Assembly (NCBI GenBank): GCA_048571215.1
Contig: CP182352.1
Span: 3,424,001-3,488,000, forward strand
Direction of reading: 5' to 3'
Length of the DNA: 64,000 nt
Origin: Halarcobacter sp.
GTDB lineage: Bacteria; Campylobacterota; Campylobacteria; Campylobacterales; Arcobacteraceae
Both the position numbers and the translations under genes were made by a program. This document shows positions 55,275 to 64,000 of this stretch, in pieces; positions within the stretch are counted from its first letter, which is position 1; each line of letters starts with the position of its first letter. The notes under the pieces were generated by a model. That model saw nothing but the letters and a program-made list of their open reading frames with translations, was not told where the DNA came from and did not search any database.

Positions 55275-56901
55275 TAAACTAGGGATACACTTTATTGTTC
55301 CTGTGTGGGGTGAAAGTTATACTGAACTTTTTCTTAAGTTTTGTCTACCCAGTCTTCTAGCTTCAAAGAACTTACCCTTTTTAGATAATAAGAATAATAT
55401 TTTTACAATTTGTACAGAAGAAGCTCAAAGTGAAACAATTATTGAAAATAAATACTATAAAAAGTTAACTGAACTCATGGAGGTAAACCTAGAGTTTATT
55501 GATGATATATTATTGCAAGAAGAAGCTTACAGTAGTGAGTTTAGGTGTCAAAATCATTTTAAGAAAATGACAAAAGCACATAATAGAGCAATCAAATTAT
55601 CGAAAGATAGAGAGATTATTTATTCATTTATTATGCCTGATAATATTTTTTATGATGGGTCTATTTCTAATGTAGTTAAACTTATTGATGATTCAACACA
55701 GGTTGTTTATGCATATGGTTTACATATTAATGAAGAAGAATTGTATGAAAGTTTAGAACAACTTGATGTAATTGATGAAGGGATAATTAACATTGATGGA
55801 TTTAGTTTGGCTTCTTTATCATCAAAAAGATTACATATAGCCTCATCAAAGTCTTTAATAGACTCTAAACCTTTCTTACCAAATGGTAATCTATTTTTGA
55901 AAGAAAAAAATCAGATGTTATTAAAGTTATGTTATCTACATCCATTTTTGGTTCTCCCTAAAAAAAAGGGAATGTTTATACCTCCTGATTCTACTTTTGA
56001 TGATGGAGATTATGTCAATAAGTCTAGTACTAAAAATAAACAAAAGAAGATTTTAGATTCTAGAGTTTTTTTTATGTATTCAATTGATAGTAAAGAGAAT
56101 AAAAAAGATTTGTCAAAATATTATGTTAGTATGTTTAATATTTTTGAACAAGCTTCACGTATTAAGAATATAGATGTCCAATATCAAGATAATTTAGATT
56201 CTACATGTATTCTTTATTTTAATGAAGAAAAGTTAAATGAAAAAACTTTAGAAGAATTTAACTCTTTGGGTATGATGTTACTTTTTTTAATAAAAAATAG
56301 TGATTATATTCCCAATATTCAGGATTTAAAAGTTCAAATAATCACATCGAATAACCCTTTTACAACTTATTTAGATATCCTTCAAAATTTTATAAAAATT
56401 TTGAAGAAAATAGTCAAGTCAGATATGGATAAAAATATTAAGATTTATTATGAAAATGTATTATATAGTTTTGAACAATTAAAAGAGAATTCAAGTATTG
56501 AATCTAATCCTTTTAAGGTATTAAAATTGATAGAAAACCTCTTTGATATATTAAATTTTAATCAAGAAACAAATATATTTCAGATTAAAGAACTTCAAGA
56601 AAAAATAAAGAAAGTTGAAACAATCTTAGTCAAACATACAAAAGTGTCTTTATATGCTGCAGGAGATGATACTCTTATATTATGTTCATTATTATCTTCC
56701 TTAAAAGGTATTGAAACTATTTATGATGAGAATATAGAAAAAGTTGGAACTAAAATAAAGGGTATTAAAGTTCAACCTTTTATAGAAGAGAAGATAAAAA
56801 ACGAGGTAATTATTATATCTTCTTCTTTGCATGAAGATAAAATTTATGAAAAATTAGTAAAATATGATGGATTGACATTATATAAATTGAATAAGATATA
56901 A
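55267..56901 (+). CDS. Uncharacterised glycan-locus protein (possible GT-A-like N-terminus, C-terminal Rossmann-like module)
   Basis: IHFIVPVWGESY..LF...CLPSLL, MPD; C-terminal VSLYAAG...IYDEN..KVG..IKGIKV. Confidence 0.5.
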   Translation: MYDKLGIHFIVPVWGESYTELFLKFCLPSLLASKNLPFLDNKNNIFTICTEEAQSETIIENKYYKKLTELMEVNLEFIDDILLQEEAYSSEFRCQNHFKKMTKAHNRAIKLSKDREIIYSFIMPDNIFYDGSISNVVKLIDDSTQVVYAYGLHINEEELYESLEQLDVIDEGIINIDGFSLASLSSKRLHIASSKSLIDSKPFLPNGNLFLKEKNQMLLKLCYLHPFLVLPKKKGMFIPPDSTFDDGDYVNKSSTKNKQKKILDSRVFFMYSIDSKENKKDLSKYYVSMFNIFEQASRIKNIDVQYQDNLDSTCILYFNEEKLNEKTLEEFNSLGMMLLFLIKNSDYIPNIQDLKVQIITSNNPFTTYLDILQNFIKILKKIVKSDMDKNIKIYYENVLYSFEQLKENSSIESNPFKVLKLIENLFDILNFNQETNIFQIKELQEKIKKVETILVKHTKVSLYAAGDDTLILCSLLSSLKGIETIYDENIEKVGTKIKGIKVQPFIEEKIKNEVIIISSSLHEDKIYEKLVKYDGLTLYKLNKI

Positions 56902-56915
56902 GAAAGGTAATAAGT

Positions 56916-58409
56916 ATGAGTCTGCTAGAAAAAGTTAGCTATTTAATGACAGCAAAAAAATTAAAAGTAGAAGGTCAACCTGATTTAGTAAATAAAATAT
57001 CTTATTATATATCAAATTATTTAAATCCTAATATAAACTTTATTGAAGGTGAATCAAATATATTAGTTATTAAAGATATCACTACTTTTGAAGATTATGT
57101 AAATAAAATTGAAGATGATAATTGTATCTATGTTATTGATTTGTCAATTGTTTCAATTATTTATAATAAATTTCCATTGCTTTATATTCAATTTGAAGAG
57201 AAAATGAAAGAGTATCTAAAAAATAATGACATTGATAAAAAATTGATTAAGTTTATATATGCAGATATTTTTAAAGAAGTTATTTTAGAAAGCTTTGAAA
57301 TATTCAGTATAAATACAGATAATAAAAATTTTAAAATTGATAAACAACAAGTTAGGTGTGCTTGGCCATGGTACAATATGTACATTCGTGGAAATACTTT
57401 GGAGTGGTGTTGTGGTTATTCCCATACTCAAGAAAAACAGACTTGGGATGAAAATACAGGTAAACTTAATATATTAAAAGAATGGAGTAGTGAACCTTTC
57501 CAGAAAGTAAGAGATGTACTTACAACAAAAGATACTGAAGCTAATTGTAGTAAGTGTCATAATTTATATTTTGAACAGTTTTTTCCTTATATCTTTGATT
57601 TTTTATCTCTTAACAAAGAACAACAAGAAAATGTAAATAAAGTAATTTATAACTATTGGATGAAGAATAAAGTTTTAGATTCATATCCTATTCGATATGA
57701 GATTATTACTAGTTATAAATGTAATATTAATTGTATTATGTGTAATCAAGAGGAGTACAATAAGTTAAAATATGAACTACCTGTTTCTGTTATTTTAGAT
57801 AACAAGAAAAACTTTCAAAAAGCAGTAGATATAAGTCTTTTAGGAGGTGAATTTTTTGCTATAAAGAATGCAAAAGAAATATTAGAAATTTTTGCTTCGA
57901 AAGATTTTGAGAATGTAAGGTTCTTATTTATTACTAATGGAACTTTAATTCATAGATATTTTGACCAATTAAAAAAGTTGAAGAATATTATAATTAGTTT
58001 TAGTTTAGACACTATAGGTGAAAATTATGAGTATATTAGAGAAGGTGCAAACTGGAATAAAGTGGAAAAAAATATTTTAGATTTTCTTGAGATGTATAAA
58101 GAGGAAAAGATTAAAAATCCTTCTTTAAATTGGCAAATTCAATCACCTTCAATTATGATGAAAAGTAGTGTTAAAAGCTTATTAGAATATGTTAAGTGGT
58201 GTATTGAACATAATATACAACCAGCATTTATTAAGTTAGAACCTTATGGTGTTAATGTGGATCAAGAGGATATATTCAGAAATAAGAGATTATTAAATGA
58301 AATAGAAGAGTGGGAAAACATTTTTGAAGAAAGTTTATTTTTACTAAAAGAAAAACATTTTTATCACTCGTTTAATACACTAAATGAAATTTATAAACAG
58401 TTGAAATAA
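56916..58409 (+). CDS. Radical SAM protein with SPASM/twitch-like domain placed N-terminal of the core
   Basis: CAWPW...WCC...CSKC precedes CNINCIMC, LGGEFF, ITNGT, FSLD, YEYIREGANW. Confidence 0.9.
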   Translation: MSLLEKVSYLMTAKKLKVEGQPDLVNKISYYISNYLNPNINFIEGESNILVIKDITTFEDYVNKIEDDNCIYVIDLSIVSIIYNKFPLLYIQFEEKMKEYLKNNDIDKKLIKFIYADIFKEVILESFEIFSINTDNKNFKIDKQQVRCAWPWYNMYIRGNTLEWCCGYSHTQEKQTWDENTGKLNILKEWSSEPFQKVRDVLTTKDTEANCSKCHNLYFEQFFPYIFDFLSLNKEQQENVNKVIYNYWMKNKVLDSYPIRYEIITSYKCNINCIMCNQEEYNKLKYELPVSVILDNKKNFQKAVDISLLGGEFFAIKNAKEILEIFASKDFENVRFLFITNGTLIHRYFDQLKKLKNIIISFSLDTIGENYEYIREGANWNKVEKNILDFLEMYKEEKIKNPSLNWQIQSPSIMMKSSVKSLLEYVKWCIEHNIQPAFIKLEPYGVNVDQEDIFRNKRLLNEIEEWENIFEESLFLLKEKHFYHSFNTLNEIYKQLK

Positions 58410-60017
58410 ATGCATTATAAATATATACAGTCATGGTTGATACATTTTAAGAATTTTTTTTTAAATCAAGAAATTTTTTCAAATCGTTATAGTGCTTTTT
58501 TTTATGAGTTATTTCATTTATCTTCTATGAAAAACAAAAAAATTGCATTTATTCCTTCAGGTAATTTTATAAAAGAATTCTCAGAACAGTTTCAGTCCCC
58601 TAATTTTTTTTATTTTGATGATGTGAAAAAGGATATGGATAATTTTTATTTATTTGATAGCAATAAATTTTACGAAATGGATTATATAATAATTACATCA
58701 AAAAAATTTGAAAAAATAATTATTGAGAAAATCCCTAAAAATTTATATTTCAAAGTATATAAATTTGGAGATTTTGTCGAACTTGATAGGTTTGATAATT
58801 TAATTCATAAAACAATTTCAAATTATCAATTTTTAAAATTTTTAATTTTTTTTAAAAATTTTCATAGGTCAAATATTCAGTCTTTAGTAGATAAAAATAA
58901 AAGAATTATGTTTGTACGACAAAACTATTATTCTGATGTAAATGATAAGGTCAATATTATTAAAGATGTTTTAGATTGTAATGTTATTGTTGAAAATAAT
59001 CAAGTAAATAAATCAATTAAAGTTAATTATGGACATATAAATAGTAGATTAAAAGATATAACAATACTTTTTTTAAAACTTAAAAGAAATGAAAAAGCTA
59101 TTATATTCTTTATCCCTATTATAATGGATGGATATGGATTATCTTATTGTTTGAAAAAACATTTTAAAAATGTACAGATGATTTTAAATATGACTGATTA
59201 TATATGGCATTTATGTTCATATAAATATAGAGAACTATTAGCTTTTAATCATAATTGGAGTTTAGATTATGTAGAGTCAGAGTATTACTTTGCAAAACTT
59301 ATACAAAGTCAACATATAGTTGATGTAATAATCCATAGGCATGGAGAACTTCCTTTTTCATGGGCAAAAAATTATCAAACTCCAAACCTTTATTTTCCTC
59401 CTTATCAAAGACAATATAGTTTAAAGCCCACCGTGTCAAATGGAAAAAAATTATTATTCATTGGTACAATTCATTCTAAAAATTATGATAATAAACTTTA
59501 TAGTTCTATTTTTTTAGAGGAGTTGTTTAAAAAATTTATTGATAAAGGATTTAGTATAGATTTATATTATTCAAAAGGTTATGAACAACATGCTTTAGCT
59601 TATAGTAAATATATAAATTCAGATAAATTTAAAACTTTTGAAGGAAAATCACTAGACATATTATTACCAGAGATTAATGGTATTTATGACTGGGGATTAA
59701 TTTTAAATGATTTAAGCAAGGATATTGAAAAAATAAATCAGAATCTTTTATATACTATACCTACAAAAATTTTTACATATGCAGCAATAAATTTGCCTAT
59801 ATTATATATTGGAGATGAAAAAGATTGTTCGAAATATTTAATAGAAGCAGCAGGAATAGGAAAAGTAATTAATGGAGATTTAAATAATTTAAGTCATATT
59901 ATAAATGATACTGGAATAAATGTTATTAAAGATAACATAGTTACATTTAATAAACATAATAATTTAATATCTAAAAAAGACAAATTAGAAGCTTTTATAA
60001 GGGAGTTTATATTATGA
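58410..60017 (+). CDS. Putative GT-B glycosyltransferase with N-terminal Rossmann-like module
   Basis: KKIAFIPSG...FDD...DYIIITS module; LLFIGT...YDWGLI...IPTKIFTYAAINLP, a GT4-like P-x-K-x-x-x-Y motif. Confidence 0.58.
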   Translation: MHYKYIQSWLIHFKNFFLNQEIFSNRYSAFFYELFHLSSMKNKKIAFIPSGNFIKEFSEQFQSPNFFYFDDVKKDMDNFYLFDSNKFYEMDYIIITSKKFEKIIIEKIPKNLYFKVYKFGDFVELDRFDNLIHKTISNYQFLKFLIFFKNFHRSNIQSLVDKNKRIMFVRQNYYSDVNDKVNIIKDVLDCNVIVENNQVNKSIKVNYGHINSRLKDITILFLKLKRNEKAIIFFIPIIMDGYGLSYCLKKHFKNVQMILNMTDYIWHLCSYKYRELLAFNHNWSLDYVESEYYFAKLIQSQHIVDVIIHRHGELPFSWAKNYQTPNLYFPPYQRQYSLKPTVSNGKKLLFIGTIHSKNYDNKLYSSIFLEELFKKFIDKGFSIDLYYSKGYEQHALAYSKYINSDKFKTFEGKSLDILLPEINGIYDWGLILNDLSKDIEKINQNLLYTIPTKIFTYAAINLPILYIGDEKDCSKYLIEAAGIGKVINGDLNNLSHIINDTGINVIKDNIVTFNKHNNLISKKDKLEAFIREFIL

Positions 60018-60733
60018 ATAAGCATGATTACATTAAAATAGTAGATTCATTGATTAAAAGGAAAAGTGCAACTATAGTTGATGGAATTCAATATCGAAAA
60101 AACTTAGGAATCAAAGAAAAATATTTAATTAGTTCTGATACTTTGATTGATCATAAACATATTGAGTTAGTAGTAAATATTGTTTTGAATCTACCTGATA
60201 CAAAATATATTAGTGTTGATACTAATATAAATCTTAAAAATTATGTGTTAACTTTATCAAAAAATGATCAAGAGAGATTTTTATTTCTTGAAGAAGTTAA
60301 TAGATTTAAATATATTAAATGTTTAGATTTTTATTTATATTTCTTTGAATACGATGCTTTTGAGTTTTTATATGATTATGATGTAATGCTGATAAATGTA
60401 TTAGATGAATCATATCATAAAACAAGAGAAGAAATTGCAGTAGAATACTCTAAGAATCATGAAGAGTTTGATAAAAAACTTTTTAATAAAGAAAACTACC
60501 TTAAATATTGTATGGATTTTTATGGGAAATATGCAGGATTTAATATTAAAGATATCCAGTTTTTATATGAACATAAAGAATATAAGGGGTATAAATTTAT
60601 TGCAAAATTTATTGAGTTTTCGATGTATGATAATATTTTATACACAAGACAATTAAATCTTCATCGATTAAATAAAATTAAATTAAGAAAATCTCATTCG
60701 AAAGAGGAATTATGCTTTTTAGATATATTATAA
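60014..60733 (+). CDS. Hypothetical protein
   Basis: 239-aa ORF overlapping the upstream stop (ATGA); no recognised motif. Confidence 0.6.
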   Translation: MNKHDYIKIVDSLIKRKSATIVDGIQYRKNLGIKEKYLISSDTLIDHKHIELVVNIVLNLPDTKYISVDTNINLKNYVLTLSKNDQERFLFLEEVNRFKYIKCLDFYLYFFEYDAFEFLYDYDVMLINVLDESYHKTREEIAVEYSKNHEEFDKKLFNKENYLKYCMDFYGKYAGFNIKDIQFLYEHKEYKGYKFIAKFIEFSMYDNILYTRQLNLHRLNKIKLRKSHSKEELCFLDIL

Positions 60734-60761
60734 ACAAATTAAAAAGTTATAAGGTTAAATA

Positions 60762-62354
60762 ATGAATAAAAATGTATGTGCTGCATGTAATGGAAAAGAG
60801 TTTCAAGTTGTAACTTCTCAATTTAAAAAAGTAAAGAATGAAAAATTTATAGTTGAAGATGAATCTCTTTATCAATGTAATAAATGTGGGACGTTAAATG
60901 CTTTACCAATAAAAGAGTTTGATTTTGAAAAAGATGGAGATAGGTATTATAGTCAAATGAGACTTTCCCATGAGGAGAAAGACGGATTATTAGAGCATAT
61001 CAAATTATCGCAAGTTCCTAAATATGATTTTTTAAGAGATAATGTTTTAAGTAAAAAATTCAAAAATTATAAAAAGTGGTTAGATGTTGGTTCTTGTGGT
61101 TATGCAACAACTTTTAGTAAGTTTGATTTTACAACTATAGAACCTGATAAGCAAATGGTTTCTTTAGCAAAAGAGTTATTTGATTGTAATAAGATATTTT
61201 GCTCAGATTTGATTAGTTTTAATTGTTTAGAGAAGTTTGATGCAATTTTATTTAATCATTCATTTTATTGTGTAGCTAATACAACAGATACTTTACAAAA
61301 AATTAATCAATTATTAAATAATCAGGGTATAGTTTTAATTGGAATTGGACATATTTTTATGGATGCAGTTTTTACGCAAGATGCTATAATAAGATCTGTA
61401 GAGGATATTTTTGTAGGGGAAACTCATAAGGTGTATTATTCAAAAGAGAGTTTGGAGTACCTTTTTCAACGATTTTCATATACTTTAATTGATGATTTAA
61501 TAGTGAAACATAATATTCCTGTACATGGATCGTGCTCAAGATATCTTGTTTTTAAAAAAGGTAATGTTTATATTGATGAAAAGTTAATAAAAAAATCTAA
61601 AATAAAGATTGAAGAAACACTAAAATATTATCTTCAAAAGTTTGAAGTGGATGCAAAAAAACAGTTTAAAAAATTTAATAATAAAAAAACAGTTTTTATT
61701 GGAAATAAAAATTTATTTTTTGAGGCTTTTGAGTACTTTGATCTAAAAAATATTTTTGGTTTTATTTCTTATGGTGAAGATTTAAATGATGTTCAGATAA
61801 ATAATGTAAAATTTCTTAGCATTGACTATTTAAAGAGTAAAGATATTGAAAATATTGTAATCCTAGATTTAAAATATACTAATGATATTTTACAATTATT
61901 GGAAAATAAACTGGACGTATATCATAGTATAAATATACTTTCAAGAACAATTACTTCTAACACACTTTTTAGTGAAATAAAATCTAGAAGAAGAGTTAAT
62001 AATGATTTCTTTTTTCAAACATATAGTACATTTTTAAATAAAATATATACAAAAATAAAAGAAGCAATAAAAGACAAACAAGAAAAAGTTGCAATTTTTG
62101 GTACAGCAAATGCAGGAAAAATTGCTTATGAGGTTTGCAAAAAGCTAAATTTAGAAATAGAATGTTTTATTGATGATTTTAATAAGAGTGAATTATATGG
62201 TAATACTGAAATCCCAATTATTTCTAGAAATAAATTTTTAAAAGAAAAGTCAAATATTGTAAGTATAATTATTAAAGGTCCTAATCAAAAAGGTTTGGAT
62301 GAAGTTCAATTAAATGGTATTAACATTATAGAGGTCGAGAATTATGCTGATTAA
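60762..62354 (+). CDS. Zn-ribbon plus class I methyltransferase with C-terminal Rossmann-like modules
   Basis: CAAC...CNKC, WLDVGSCG, IEPD, FDAILFNHSF; C-terminal KVAIFGTANAG...FIDD. Confidence 0.75.
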   Translation: MNKNVCAACNGKEFQVVTSQFKKVKNEKFIVEDESLYQCNKCGTLNALPIKEFDFEKDGDRYYSQMRLSHEEKDGLLEHIKLSQVPKYDFLRDNVLSKKFKNYKKWLDVGSCGYATTFSKFDFTTIEPDKQMVSLAKELFDCNKIFCSDLISFNCLEKFDAILFNHSFYCVANTTDTLQKINQLLNNQGIVLIGIGHIFMDAVFTQDAIIRSVEDIFVGETHKVYYSKESLEYLFQRFSYTLIDDLIVKHNIPVHGSCSRYLVFKKGNVYIDEKLIKKSKIKIEETLKYYLQKFEVDAKKQFKKFNNKKTVFIGNKNLFFEAFEYFDLKNIFGFISYGEDLNDVQINNVKFLSIDYLKSKDIENIVILDLKYTNDILQLLENKLDVYHSINILSRTITSNTLFSEIKSRRRVNNDFFFQTYSTFLNKIYTKIKEAIKDKQEKVAIFGTANAGKIAYEVCKKLNLEIECFIDDFNKSELYGNTEIPIISRNKFLKEKSNIVSIIIKGPNQKGLDEVQLNGINIIEVENYAD

Positions 62355-63216
62355 TGAATTTGGATTATATGGATTAATTGGTCGTGCAGGTACTACTTTA
62401 ATTAGGAATCAGTTAGGAAAATATAATAATATAATGTGTTTAACAACTGATATGCAGATAAAACTTTTAATGAATAATTATACTGAAATTAAAATTTCAA
62501 CCTATATAATTAATGAATATAGTGATTATGATATAAAGAATCAATTTTCTAAATATAAATTTGATTATAAACAGGTAGATAAATTATTTTATAAATTGCC
62601 ATTATACCAAGTGTTAAATAAAAGCTCTTTAGAGTATTGTAATCGAATTAAGCCAATATTTGTTATTAGGAACCCAGTACATACTGTTTATTCATCTTCA
62701 AAGCAATCTTTTTTGAATGATTCCGAAGATTTGGATATTATTAAAGAAATGATTTTAGAATCATGCACATTACTAAAAATCAAAATGCCAAAAGTGTATT
62801 TAGAAGATTTTAAAAGATATTCTAATGATATTTTACTAAAAAATGCTGTTTTGTTTAAAATGAGTTTTTTTTTATATCAAGAATATTTTAAAAAGTTCTA
62901 TAAAGATAATATTCTATTTTTATGTTTTGAGGATTTTTTAGATAATCCTTATGAAAATATGAAATTGATATTGGATTTCTCAAATGTACAATATAATAAA
63001 GATCAAATAAATAAAAAATTAAATGAATTGTTTTACGATGAGGTTATAGAAGAGGGAGGTATTCTTATGTCTGAGAATTTAAAAAAATCAAAAAAAATTA
63101 TTATTAATGATAAGTTTGAAAGAATTTTTAAGTATTTAGAAAATGAAATGAACTACTTTGGATATTCTTTAGATAATACTATTTATCCTAAATCAAAGAT
63201 TCTGCAAGAAATTTAA
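62344..63216 (+). CDS. Sulfotransferase-like protein
   Basis: GLIGRAGTTL (5'-PSB-like loop), VIRNPVHTVYS (3'-PB-like), FEDFLDNP...ILDF. Confidence 0.7.
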   Translation: MLINEFGLYGLIGRAGTTLIRNQLGKYNNIMCLTTDMQIKLLMNNYTEIKISTYIINEYSDYDIKNQFSKYKFDYKQVDKLFYKLPLYQVLNKSSLEYCNRIKPIFVIRNPVHTVYSSSKQSFLNDSEDLDIIKEMILESCTLLKIKMPKVYLEDFKRYSNDILLKNAVLFKMSFFLYQEYFKKFYKDNILFLCFEDFLDNPYENMKLILDFSNVQYNKDQINKKLNELFYDEVIEEGGILMSENLKKSKKIIINDKFERIFKYLENEMNYFGYSLDNTIYPKSKILQEI

Positions 63217-63228
63217 AAGGAAAAAAAG

Positions 63229-63897
63229 ATGACAAAAGAACCACAATATGGGATATTTATTGATGAATTTAAAGAAAATGGTGCTGTGATATTAGGTCCG
63301 ATGTCCTCTTATATGGCTCGTCATGATCCTAAAATGATGGCAATTAAGCTATCTAGATATAAGTTTATTGCGAAAATGCTTTCTGGAAAAAATGATGTAT
63401 TAGAAATAGGCTGTGGTGATAGTTTTGGTAGTACAATAGTAAAAGATGAAGTGAAAAACTTAACTTGTACTGATTTTGATCCTTTGTGGATTAATTATTG
63501 TAAGCAGATAAATAATAATGAGATTAAATTCAAATTATTGAATGTGATTGATGATAAAATAGATGAAAAGTATGATGCCGTTTTTTCTATGGATGTTTTT
63601 GAACATATTTTACCAAAAGATGAAAAGAAGTTTATTCATGGAGTGATTAATTGTTTAAAAGATAGGGATAGTGTATGTATTATTGGCATTCCTAGTTTAG
63701 AAAGTCAAAACTATACTTCTCAAATTAATAAAGAAGGACATGTAAATTGTAAAACAGGAGATGATTTAAAGAGTTTATTATTAGAATATTTCAATAATGT
63801 ATTTATTTTTTCTTCAAATGATGAAGTAGTTCATACTGGATATTTTAAAATGGCACATTATTTAATAGCGGTTTGTTGTGGAGTTAAAAGATTATAA
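63229..63897 (+). CDS. Class I SAM-dependent methyltransferase
   Basis: RYKF, VLEIGCG, YDAVFSMDVFEHI, IGIP, GHVN. Confidence 0.9.
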   Translation: MTKEPQYGIFIDEFKENGAVILGPMSSYMARHDPKMMAIKLSRYKFIAKMLSGKNDVLEIGCGDSFGSTIVKDEVKNLTCTDFDPLWINYCKQINNNEIKFKLLNVIDDKIDEKYDAVFSMDVFEHILPKDEKKFIHGVINCLKDRDSVCIIGIPSLESQNYTSQINKEGHVNCKTGDDLKSLLLEYFNNVFIFSSNDEVVHTGYFKMAHYLIAVCCGVKRL

Positions 63898-63900
63898 AAT

Positions 63901-64000
63901 ATGTTATATTTTTCAGGAAGGTATTCAAATATAGTAGAAAGCTTTGAAGGTGGAGTGTCTGGAACTTTTTCTTTTAAAGAAGGTAAAGAATTTGTCAAAT
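63901..64000 (+). CDS. 5' fragment of next island gene (runs off window end)
   Basis: ATG 3 nt after the previous stop; open to the end (MLYFSGRYSNIVESFEGG...). Confidence 0.5.
   Translation, partial: MLYFSGRYSNIVESFEGGVSGTFSFKEGKEFVK

Noticed and set aside
46200..58409. Radical SAM/SPASM cluster as a RiPP (peptide-modifying) system
   Set aside because: No precursor peptide, RRE domain, peptidase or exporter is evident; the neighbours are sugar-pathway enzymes.
58454..58462. T9 tract near the 5' end of a GT-like gene as a phase-variation switch
   Set aside because: A/T runs of 8-9 nt occur elsewhere in this AT-rich window, the ORF is intact, and I saw no long poly-G/C tracts of the Campylobacter contingency type.

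Overview
AT-rich bacterial chromosome segment, most consistent with Campylobacterota and probably Arcobacteraceae (inferred from gene order and protein families). Positions 1-41.6 kb are mostly housekeeping: mreB'-clpX-lpxA-fabZ-lpxB-queH, nfo, an epsilon-type complex I operon (nuoABCD, nuoX/nuoY in place of nuoE/F, nuoGHIJKLMN), dksA-like, mqnD-murB-topA-bioB and eno-recA. A few accessory genes sit among them: a PsiD-like pyruvoyl decarboxylase, a heme-c EAL sensor and a secreted TPR protein. From 41.7 kb to the window end is a tightly packed, co-oriented glycan-biosynthesis island of more than 22 kb, the best candidate for an undescribed system. It encodes (i) an apparent Man-6-P -> KDN-9-P -> CMP-KDN route (CBS-cupin PMI, SAF-less NeuB, NeuA-HAD fusion), (ii) a GT41/FlmG-like transferase and (iii) four radical SAM enzymes, a split transketolase, an SDR, four methyltransferases, a sulfotransferase-like protein and divergent glycosyltransferases sharing a repeated Rossmann-like module. 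Non-coding signals include a TGTGAC tandem box at identical spacing in two accessory-gene promoters, a perfect 23-bp palindrome before the dksA-like gene, an ERIC-like palindrome and a lipoprotein that appears to need an ATA start. All calls come from motif reading only; no searches were run.
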